The notes beneath the pieces are model-generated. The model searched no databases. It had not been told where the DNA came from and saw only the letters and a list, made by a program, of their open reading frames with translations. Of a stretch of 64,000 nucleotides of DNA, positions 10,610-18,257 are shown one piece after another. The first letter of the stretch is position 1, and every line of letters starts with the position of its first letter. The position numbers and the translations under genes were made by a program. This DNA is from Nitrospirota bacterium (lineage in GTDB: Bacteria; Nitrospirota; UBA9217): the NCBI GenBank assembly GCA_963818475.1, contig CAWFSF010000006.1, positions 544,001-608,000 of the forward strand, written 5' to 3'.

Positions 10610-10997
10610 TTTTTCTCTGGCCCTCGGTAAGCCTGGAGCTGCTTTCCATTGCCATGATGATCTCGGTGATCAGATCGTTGTCCGCGGCGTCATAGAGCTC
10701 CGCAGCGGTGGTGATGGACTTGCCGTCGACCGAGTAGTTTTCGACGCCGACGACGTTCTCGACGAACTGTTGGCGCTGGACCTCGCGCGCGACCCGGGTC
10801 TTGAGTTCGACGCGTTTGTTCACGTCCTTTATCCCCCGAATGTCCTCGCCTACCTTGCGTTCAATAATGTTCGCATAGTGCTGAACACGGGCGAAGCTTA
10901 CAAACTTTGTCTTGATGACACAGGGGTTGTCTGATCCCCGCTCGGATTCGGGGGTGTACTCGATGATAGTATCCTGTGAAAAAGAACTTATGGCCAT
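10545..10997 (-). CDS. Tail assembly chaperone G-like protein
   Basis: SD CAGGAGG; position upstream of the tape measure; ends ...LTEGQRK at an A-run slippery-like site. Confidence 0.6.
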   Translation of the reverse strand: MAISSFSQDTIIEYTPESERGSDNPCVIKTKFVSFARVQHYANIIERKVGEDIRGIKDVNKRVELKTRVAREVQRQQFVENVVGVENYSVDGKSITTAAELYDAADNDLITEIIMAMESSSRLTEGQRKTLRGHPLPAEEQRRPEAPIRL

Positions 10998-11158
10998 GGT
11001 GAATCCTCCTGTCTTGTTGAGTGCAATTTGACCTGTGCTTCTGAGACTGCCGAGGTCGAGTTCTTAAAATCGACGACCGCAAAAACGGGGGACCCCGCCT
11101 GCTTTTTTTTCAGTGTATCGATGGCCAGTTCATTTGCGCTGATGACGGCTGTTACCAT
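10988..11158 (-). CDS. Small hypothetical protein (56 aa, MVTAVISANELAIDTLKKKQ...)
   Basis: Strong SD GAGGAGG; fills the gap in the operon and overlaps the chaperone start; below the ORF-track cutoff. Confidence 0.45.
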   Translation of the reverse strand: MVTAVISANELAIDTLKKKQAGSPVFAVVDFKNSTSAVSEAQVKLHSTRQEDSPWP

Positions 11159-11217
11159 TAGACCTCCTCATAGTGGTTCATTCACCCAGTTGCCGAATCC
11201 CGTCCTGGGTATGACCT

Positions 11218-11745
11218 TTATTTGTTCTTGTTAATTTCCTTTGATATTTCATCTTCGATGACACGCTGAATCTGCGCGCCCTGGTTAAAATGGTTGAGCG
11301 CATCACGCAACGCGTCACGCGGGCCGAACTTGGCGGAGCTGCCGAGGCCGAGGAAGATGGCCCGGGCGTAGGATGCGGAGTTGAAGACCACGACCTCGTC
11401 GGGACCGGCATCGAAGCTGCCGGCGTCTCCGGATTTCGATTCTCCAGGATTGAGCCAGGCGAGACTCGATCGTAGATGACCCGTTACTCTCGGGACAGGA
11501 TATCCACCGGGCCGAGCCGTCAATAAATCAGATTGACCGCGCAATCTCGATTTTTTATGCTTGTCCGTATCCCGCAGACGCACCTGGGACTGAGCGCCGC
11601 CGGTTAACCATCGAAAGGCTTCTGCGTATATCCCGCCGCCGATGCGCGTGAGCCCCCTCCGAACCGCCCCTGGCAGTGCTTCGGATAGATGGTCTAAGTT
11701 AAAGATGACGTTTTTGTTTTCAACGGTGACTTTAACATCAATCAC
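11218..11745 (-). CDS. HK97 gp10-like tail-completion/neck protein
   Basis: P..TGHLRSS...VVVFNSASYA..I..G pattern; in the tail operon. Confidence 0.6.
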   Translation of the reverse strand: MIDVKVTVENKNVIFNLDHLSEALPGAVRRGLTRIGGGIYAEAFRWLTGGAQSQVRLRDTDKHKKSRLRGQSDLLTARPGGYPVPRVTGHLRSSLAWLNPGESKSGDAGSFDAGPDEVVVFNSASYARAIFLGLGSSAKFGPRDALRDALNHFNQGAQIQRVIEDEISKEINKNK

Positions 11746-12593
11746 TTGCGATCCCCCTGATCCCCCACAATACCGGTGCCGCTGGACTGCTGGCGGTCCT
11801 GGATGCTGCCGGCGGTCGCTTGCTCGGAATCACGCATGGCTTCAATCGAGAAGGGCGAGCCCTTCATGAAATCAACAAGAACAGGTTTTTCCCTCGGCAT
11901 GGGAGGCTGAAAAACAACTTCCCCGTCCCCGCCGGTGATGACTTCCGATCCGTGGGCCTCTTCCGTGGCGACGCCATGGTCGTAGCCGGTGCCGCTGGCG
12001 GTCGCTTGCTCGGAATCAGCCGGTTCAAGCAGGCCTTCGATCTCTTTTACGGCCTGCGATATTTCAGCCTTCGACGGCCCGCCGAACTCCAGCGTCCGTA
12101 AAAAGATATCCCAATCAAACGTACTTCCCACAGAATTTCCGTTCGCCGCGGAAAGATAAATATATGCCCGCCTGATGAGCGGCAGGTGTCTCCGAAGCGC
12201 GTCACGCTCCTCTTCGTACGCCGCCCGGTAGACGGCTGCACGGGCGGCCTCAACGGGATGGGCTCTGCTCGGATCATACAGCGATTCTAACTTTGTTATC
12301 TCCTTTCCGATCGCCGAAATCATCAATTCAGTTGTAGCCAAGGCCTGAGCAGCTGTCGTTCTCTGCGCATTTATCTGATCGAGCTCCTGAGGAGACACTT
12401 CGCCAAGGACAATTTTCACGCCTATTTCATCGGCTTTAGCTTCGACTGCAGAAAGAGCATTCCTTAGCAGGGGCACATTTTCCTGTAGCTCCGCCTGTTT
12501 GTCATGATACTTGACGACTTTTGCTGTCCTTGCTTTATCAGCTTCAAAAACTTTTTGAAACACTGTGATTGCACCCTGCCTCAACTTAGTCAT
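11742..12593 (-). CDS. Hypothetical coiled-coil protein
   Basis: SD AAGGAGG; long helical N-terminus; disordered tail with DSEQATA twice; ATGA overlap with the next gene. Confidence 0.7.
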   Translation of the reverse strand: MTKLRQGAITVFQKVFEADKARTAKVVKYHDKQAELQENVPLLRNALSAVEAKADEIGVKIVLGEVSPQELDQINAQRTTAAQALATTELMISAIGKEITKLESLYDPSRAHPVEAARAAVYRAAYEEERDALRRHLPLIRRAYIYLSAANGNSVGSTFDWDIFLRTLEFGGPSKAEISQAVKEIEGLLEPADSEQATASGTGYDHGVATEEAHGSEVITGGDGEVVFQPPMPREKPVLVDFMKGSPFSIEAMRDSEQATAGSIQDRQQSSGTGIVGDQGDRK

Positions 12594-12608
12594 ATTATTC
12601 CTCCTTCG

Positions 12609-12749
12609 TTATTTCTTCGGCGCCAGCAGGCTCGGCCTCTTATCGACTTCCTTTTTCTTTTCCCTCGGCGCCAGCAGGCTCGGCCTCTTATCGACTTCCT
12701 TTTTCTTTTCCCTCGGCGCCAGCAGGCTCGGCCTCTTATTTGTGCTCAT
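12609..12749 (-). CDS. 46-aa basic repeat peptide MSTNKRPSLLAPREKKKEVDKRPSLLAPREKKKEVDKRPSLLAPKK
   Basis: SD AAGGAGGGG, ATG at 12749, TAA at 12609; built from an in-frame 48-bp repeat. Confidence 0.6.
   Translation of the reverse strand: MSTNKRPSLLAPREKKKEVDKRPSLLAPREKKKEVDKRPSLLAPKK
12617..12739. repeat. 48-bp tandem repeat, about 2.6 copies
   Basis: Units start at 12617, 12665 and 12713 (TCGGCGCCAGCAGGCTCGGCCTCTTAT...). Confidence 0.95.
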
Positions 12750-12809
12750 AACGGGTTTCCCCTCCTTTTTATTGCTACCTGTATTTTACTGAGTGCCTAT
12801 CTCCTGTCG

Positions 12810-13097
12810 TCAAACTGCCTCATGGTTGAGTGTATCTTTCATTGCTCGACGCAATGTCATGACGCGGTCCTTCAACTCCTTCAAGCAGTGATTAAAATCG
12901 CCAATAGGAATCGGCACGTTTGCTCGATATGCCGCCATGGAAGCACGCACCTCCTGTGTATCAAAAAACATTATCCGGAACCGACCGCTATCGTTCGGGA
13001 TGATCCCGTATCGGCAATTTCGATTAATTGCAATGACAGCTGCCGCCTCAGAAAGGTCTTCGGTTTCCACGATTTTTGCTGCTGCTTCTTTTTTCAT
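12810..13097 (-). CDS. Small phage protein (DUF5659-like)
   Basis: T.DL..AA.....G.F...F....V...Y......F...LKELK pattern recalled from prophage DUF5659 proteins; first gene of the tail operon. Confidence 0.45.
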   Translation of the reverse strand: MKKEAAAKIVETEDLSEAAAVIAINRNCRYGIIPNDSGRFRIMFFDTQEVRASMAAYRANVPIPIGDFNHCLKELKDRVMTLRRAMKDTLNHEAV

Positions 13098-13594
13098 TTT
13101 CTACTACCCCCAAAAGTAACGGGCTCCGCCAGGACCAGGCAACCGGACATGGGATGTACGGAAGTTTCCCGACTTCCGTAACCAGGAGGTACCAGCTTCC
13201 TGGTCCTGGCGAAGCCCGCTATTCATTGAATCACGTCGAGACCGGAGCGGAACTTGAGAAGTCGGGAGGGAAAAGCTCCCGCTTGAAGGAGAAGAACCGC
13301 CCCGGTCTCGACGTGATTCAATGCAGCACATGCGTTTCAAAAAACAAAAAACCGGAGTCCGTAACAGTTCCGCTTGCGCGGTTGCCATGGGGGCTCCGGT
13401 TCCAAAACCTACGCAGAAGACTGCGTCAGGCAATATTAAATATGATGTTGTTTTGTCGTTTCGCATAATTCGCTCGGTAAACTAATCTGCCGAAAAATTA
13501 GCACACGACTTGGGAATTGTATATCGGAAGTTGAGGTATCAGTTTGAAACTGATACCAAGGCATGGCAGGGGAACAGGTGATGAAGCAGAAAGA

Positions 13595-14653
13595 TCAGCT
13601 TTTTCGTTCACGCTCTAATAGTTTTCTGATTGACTCGATCTGCTCGGGTTTATTGCCTGATAATAAAAAATCGGTCAGTAATTCCTGCTCGATAAATTTC
13701 CGCGGATCCCCTAGAAGAATGTGTAGAGTATCTTTCTTTATGAGCGGTATGAGGCGATGATCTATCGGATGGATTTTCTTTTCCCAATTCGGCGTATTTA
13801 TCGTTATGGTTTCTTTGGGGAAGGCTTCTCTGTAGTTACGATGCATGCTCCAAGCAATCGGCAGGAGAAAATGTACAAGGCCGGAGATATATAGTGTTTC
13901 AGGAATTTCACTTTGCTTGACAGCTGCACGGTTTTTATAAACAGAATCAACGAATCGGGCTGCGTCTTTCTTTTCTTTTAATGTTCCATGAAACATTTGA
14001 ATATATCTTTTTTCAAAGTGCTTTCTTAATAATATTATGCCAGGTTTTCGCGACTGAAAAAACGTCTGCATACTTCGAAGAGCTTTTGTGACTATGAGGT
14101 CCATCCTGTCGGAATGACGTTTTAAAAAAGCTGGTGATGCACGTTTGCCGAGGTAATCAAGATCGTCTTGTAAAGATAGTGCTTCAAAATCAGAAAAGCT
14201 CGCACCGTCAATATATTTCCCATTATTGATTTCCTCCTGGACGCGGTCCAGAACTTGTTTAAAACTTAACTGTTCATCATACTTTGTTTTTCCATCGACT
14301 ATGAATATAAAGAACTTATCTTCGTTTCGATGTTTGGTTCTTTTTTCCCTAAACCCATATCGCTTAAATTCAAAACAGTGACTTTTCCCGGTCAATGGGT
14401 ATGCTATAAAAACGCCACCGTGGGGAAAATGTTTTTTATCGGAACTGTCTTTGAAAAAGGGATATCTTATATTAAAGCTCTTGTCAAAAAGATCCCTTGT
14501 ACTTCTGCTTTCTTCTTCTAGCTGGGCTATCCAGTCGTATCCAAGGCAATCAGGCGGGATTTCATTGCGGGCACGCTCGGCGAGTATAAGATCCTCTTCA
14601 AGGGTATCTGGATTGCGTCCATATCGATCCTCTACAGCCTTATCCTCTCTCAT
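13595..14653 (-). CDS. Hypothetical AT-rich cargo protein (352 aa)
   Basis: Long ORF, visibly more AT-rich than its flanks; no family recognised. Confidence 0.7.
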   Translation of the reverse strand: MREDKAVEDRYGRNPDTLEEDLILAERARNEIPPDCLGYDWIAQLEEESRSTRDLFDKSFNIRYPFFKDSSDKKHFPHGGVFIAYPLTGKSHCFEFKRYGFREKRTKHRNEDKFFIFIVDGKTKYDEQLSFKQVLDRVQEEINNGKYIDGASFSDFEALSLQDDLDYLGKRASPAFLKRHSDRMDLIVTKALRSMQTFFQSRKPGIILLRKHFEKRYIQMFHGTLKEKKDAARFVDSVYKNRAAVKQSEIPETLYISGLVHFLLPIAWSMHRNYREAFPKETITINTPNWEKKIHPIDHRLIPLIKKDTLHILLGDPRKFIEQELLTDFLLSGNKPEQIESIRKLLERERKS

Positions 14654-14774
14654 CTCATCCGCCCTCCGGGTGCGGCCTCCGAAAGATGGAACAGGGGGAA
14701 GCCGATCGGAGTATCGGTTTTCGCCCGGGGTTCGACGCCCGGGCTATCCCCCTAGTGCAACGCTTAACACCTTT

Positions 14775-15014
14775 TCATCTGGACGTTTTGCTGCGTCTTG
14801 ATCCGGATCCCGGGGCCGGGATCGGCCAGCCTTCTTCCTTGAATACTGCGAGCACGGCGGCAAGTGCCTTTTTGCCGTCTTCAAGGGCTTCTTCCTCGGT
14901 TTCGCCGTCGCCTATACACACGTCGAAATCAGGATAACTGATCAGGAAGCCGCCGCCTTCTTCCTGGGTAAGCGGACGGATCTCGTAAGGATATTCGGGG
15001 ATATCTATCGGCAT
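14775..15014 (-). CDS. HicB-like antitoxin domain protein
   Basis: YPY.I..L..EEGGGFLISYPDF..C..DGET.EEAL.....AL. Confidence 0.85.
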   Translation of the reverse strand: MPIDIPEYPYEIRPLTQEEGGGFLISYPDFDVCIGDGETEEEALEDGKKALAAVLAVFKEEGWPIPAPGSGSRRSKTSR

Positions 15015-15274
15015 TATCGATACACGTCCTTCCTATGGCCGATCTTCTCGACATAGACGGTCTCATCCCGGTCATCGATCCGGTATATGACCCGGTATGG
15101 CCGGACGTACATCTTCCACAGGCCTTTGTATTTACCCTTGAGCGGCTCACCGCTCTTGCGCGGGGCGCCGGCGAGCGTGGTCATGACGGCGTCCAGGATG
15201 CGTTTTCGCTGAACGGCGTCGATGCGCTTCAGGTCCTTTTCAATTCGCTCATGGTAGACGATGTTATACGCCAA
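15014..15274 (-). CDS. relE: RelE/ParE-family toxin
   Basis: KDLKRID...GEPLKG...GLWK..V.PYRVIY.I....V.V.KIGHRKDVYR. Confidence 0.9.
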   Translation of the reverse strand: MAYNIVYHERIEKDLKRIDAVQRKRILDAVMTTLAGAPRKSGEPLKGKYKGLWKMYVRPYRVIYRIDDRDETVYVEKIGHRKDVYR

Positions 15275-15473
15275 GACGCTTCCTCATATCCTTGTCCGTG
15301 ACATACTTCGCGTTGGGGTTTCGGCTGCGCTCGAGGGCTTCCTCGTAATCCGCGATCTCCTCGAGGTGCAGTTCCAGTGCCTCGCGCGCGAAGTAGCTTT
15401 TTGACCGCCGGTACTTCTTTGCCAGCTCCGCCAGTCGCTTGTCCAGTTTTTCGTCTATTCTCACGCCCAACAT
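15264..15473 (-). CDS. Ribbon-helix-helix antitoxin (RelB-like)
   Basis: LGVRIDEKLDKRLAELAKKYRRSKSYFAREAL...acidic tail; overlaps relE. Confidence 0.85.
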   Translation of the reverse strand: MLGVRIDEKLDKRLAELAKKYRRSKSYFAREALELHLEEIADYEEALERSRNPNAKYVTDKDMRKRLGV

Positions 15474-15530
15474 GTAAAACCTCCATTTCGCGGTCCCGCG
15501 TCGATCGTTGAGACCGTCTTTTGTTTAGTC

Positions 15531-15559
15531 ATGTTAAGCTATGTTTAACATATTGTCAA
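15531..15559 (-). promoter_or_regulatory. TA operon promoter with overlapping operator
   Basis: Minus-strand TTGACA-N17-TAACAT overlapped by the inverted repeat ATGTTAA-N7-TTAACAT (15531-15551). Confidence 0.65.
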
Positions 15560-15646
15560 GCCGTTTTAAGATGGTCGTGAGCGTGACAGGCGTTACGCAG
15601 CGTGACCACCTGTAACGCGGTTCATTCGGCTTCATCCTGTGACGCT

Positions 15647-16297
15647 TCACCGGCCAAAGATAGCCGGTGTCCTATGTAGGCGTATATCATGATAATGCAC
15701 GTTATCAAAAGTTAAGTCCGCCCGAAAGCTCATATCTAAAGGTTCCGCATCGTCCGATCGTTTGAACACGATAGCGACTTGGAATGGACTGCCCGTGACT
15801 TTCAGCAATCGTGACATTTTCCCAATTTCTATAGCATCGGGCTGAATACCAAGATGGAAGAACTTTGGATGAGACGAATAAACGGGCTCGCCGGCGTCAA
15901 TACGACAATGATCTCGGATATGAGGTGCATTCGCCCATCTCGATGAATCCATAACAACATGGCCGCGCGTAATGACGAGTGCTTTCCCGTCCCCCAGATG
16001 ACATCTTAATATCCCTAAAAAACGTAAATTATTACCTGACCAGAAATGCCGGACCATGTTTTTTTCATCCAGCCCAACGGCAGATCCAGTGCACATGATT
16101 TCATTGGAATCATCACAAGAAAAAATTTCAAACCTGTGTTTAGGCCCTATCTCGTTCACGCTGCCGATACGCCAGCCGTGAAATTCCTTTATCTGTGTAA
16201 CCGATTCTAGGAGATTCAGCTCAGGTAGTAACTCGATATCTCCAATTTTTATAAGATAAGGATCAATAAAATCGTCCATGTCTTTCCCCCGTACCAA
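15647..16297 (-). CDS. Hypothetical AT-rich cargo protein
   Basis: 216-aa ORF, AT-richer than flanks; no family recognised. Confidence 0.6.
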   Translation of the reverse strand: MVRGKDMDDFIDPYLIKIGDIELLPELNLLESVTQIKEFHGWRIGSVNEIGPKHRFEIFSCDDSNEIMCTGSAVGLDEKNMVRHFWSGNNLRFLGILRCHLGDGKALVITRGHVVMDSSRWANAPHIRDHCRIDAGEPVYSSHPKFFHLGIQPDAIEIGKMSRLLKVTGSPFQVAIVFKRSDDAEPLDMSFRADLTFDNVHYHDIRLHRTPAIFGR

Positions 16298-16354
16298 TTC
16301 TGATGTCGAAAACTTGGCTACGTGACGCGCGTGACTTGACCGTGACGTAGTTAT

Positions 16355-16807
16355 TCATCCCTGCTCTATGATATTATTGATTTGGGTTACGCTCAACTTA
16401 AAGCGGAGTGCGATTTCTTTATGATTGGTCCCGTTGTAAATAGCACAGATCTTCAAGTTTCTTTCCATGCGATAGAGCGTTTCAATATCCGGGAACCAGA
16501 TCCGGCGGCCTCCGAGCTCGCAGACGATCTTGTGCATGATCGCGCGGCCGGAAGCCTGGCCTAACTCCTGGCAAGTGGTCATCCAGAGTCTCCTGAAGCA
16601 TGCGCTGCAGCCGTGCAGCGGATCGTTGCTGAGCGAGGCATGCTGATTGAGCCCCGGGTTGTTTGTTGGAACGCGGATACGCTGCCCTCCGGCATGGGAC
16701 ACAAGGTGCTCGATAATCTTTTTGCCGGCGGCTTCGCCATAATCTTTGACAAAACCCTGAAACAGCCGCGTGACAATCACGCGGTTTTGCCGGCGAGTAT
16801 CATTCAT
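16355..16807 (-). CDS. Mor/C-family transcription activator with duplicated N-terminal domain
   Basis: Two ...GG.RI..P segments and a C-terminal RNLKI...YNG.N..EIA.RF.LS...I..II HTH; ATG 16807 overlaps the upstream recombinase stop. Confidence 0.75.
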   Translation of the reverse strand: MNDTRRQNRVIVTRLFQGFVKDYGEAAGKKIIEHLVSHAGGQRIRVPTNNPGLNQHASLSNDPLHGCSACFRRLWMTTCQELGQASGRAIMHKIVCELGGRRIWFPDIETLYRMERNLKICAIYNGTNHKEIALRFKLSVTQINNIIEQG

Positions 16808-17771
16808 CAGCCACGCATTTTCGTGACATCGACATTTTATTAAAATCCACCCAGTAATCAGAAAGCGATTCATTTTTCTGGATGCTTGTATCGCGTTGAG
16901 TGAAGTATCGAGCAACGGAGTCGAGACGAACAAATCCCATCCGCTTCATGATCTCCTGCACGTCGAAACCGTGGATACACTGCAGGTCCAGGACATGCCT
17001 TGCCCTGAGCATGTGAGTCGAGGCCATAGGTTTCTGCATCCCGGCACGGCCGGCTAGGTTGATCACGAGATTGTAACAGGCTTTTGCAGTCAGGCGCTGG
17101 TTGCCCCTGGGCTGTCCGTTTTTCTTGTAGCTCACCAGGAGCGGGTCGCCTTTCTTGGCGCCCTGGACCAGGCGAGCGCTCAGAAGCGATCGTACGATCG
17201 TACTTGGTTCCTCCCACAGGGCTACTGTACGGTTACCGCCCGTATTGTTTTTGACGATATTCAGGCTGACGCAGCGCCCATCGTCCGCTATTTGCCCCGT
17301 GTTGAGATCCGTTATCTCTGCAACCCGTAGGCCGGCGAAGACGCCCATGACCAGAAAGACGACGTCGCGGAGGCCCTTCTCCGTTGAGCTGTCGATCGCG
17401 CTGAACAGCTGCAGGACCTCGGCCCGCGTGAAGCTGTACAAGGGGTCGTTGCCGGAGTCCGGGCGGTCGATACCCGCGGTTGGGTCGAGCGCGATGATCC
17501 TGGAATGGATCAGGTACCTGAAAAAGGCCTGAAGCGCGCAAAGTTTAAAGTTGCGCCGCTGATTGCCATTTCCAAGGGCCTTGCAGGCCTGCAGGTAGAG
17601 TCTTACGTCTCGCTCCGTTGTTTCCAATACAGGGCCGTCCTGCGAAGCCTGGGCACGCCAATTGGAGAACTGGCGGATGCAGGTCAGATACCGTTTGCAG
17701 GACGATGGTTTCAATCCCCGAAATTCCATCAGCCATCGTTCGAAGAGATTCAAATCAAGATTTATATTCAT
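16800..17771 (-). CDS. XerC/D-like tyrosine recombinase (possibly degenerate)
   Basis: SAM-like N-domain; GLRVAEI, THMLR, then MGF in place of LGH, ARY. Confidence 0.8.
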   Translation of the reverse strand: MNINLDLNLFERWLMEFRGLKPSSCKRYLTCIRQFSNWRAQASQDGPVLETTERDVRLYLQACKALGNGNQRRNFKLCALQAFFRYLIHSRIIALDPTAGIDRPDSGNDPLYSFTRAEVLQLFSAIDSSTEKGLRDVVFLVMGVFAGLRVAEITDLNTGQIADDGRCVSLNIVKNNTGGNRTVALWEEPSTIVRSLLSARLVQGAKKGDPLLVSYKKNGQPRGNQRLTAKACYNLVINLAGRAGMQKPMASTHMLRARHVLDLQCIHGFDVQEIMKRMGFVRLDSVARYFTQRDTSIQKNESLSDYWVDFNKMSMSRKCVADE

Positions 17772-18257
17772 GCGCTCCCCCGTGCCCCCACTTTTTCACG
17801 ATTCACAATTCAAAATCTATCAAACGAAGATCACTTTCAGCCAATAACAAAAAGGCTTTTAGACTACACCCCAATTTATAAGCAGCAATGAGGGTCGTAA
17901 TCGCGACTGAGACTGATATTTTCCAAGGGGGGTAGGCTACCCCATGTGCTGATCACTGTCTGGATTTAATTTGTACTTCACCTTTCAATAGGTTCATCAC
18001 GTTTCTACCATTGATTCTATTAATGTTTATCACTGTATTGCTTACGGCAATGGCGCTTATTGTAGAAAAGTGCCATTGAGTTCGGCTGTAATCCGGCTGT
18101 ATTACCCGTCACGAAACGACCCATACGCCACAGACCGACCACACAGACAAAACGGAGAATAGACTTTAACCAACAACCACGGACTTAGAATCAACATATC
18201 AACCTCAAAACTACTTAGAATAAAATCACCCTGTAGAATCCTTTTTTCATTCGATGA

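Noticed and set aside
12617-12739. Possible CRISPR array
   Set aside because: The intervening sequences are identical (a pure tandem repeat), there are no cas genes, and the repeat encodes an in-frame peptide
13076-13468. Overlapping 120-130-aa ORFs on both strands
   Set aside because: No protein-like features; the region is better explained as a structured non-coding leader
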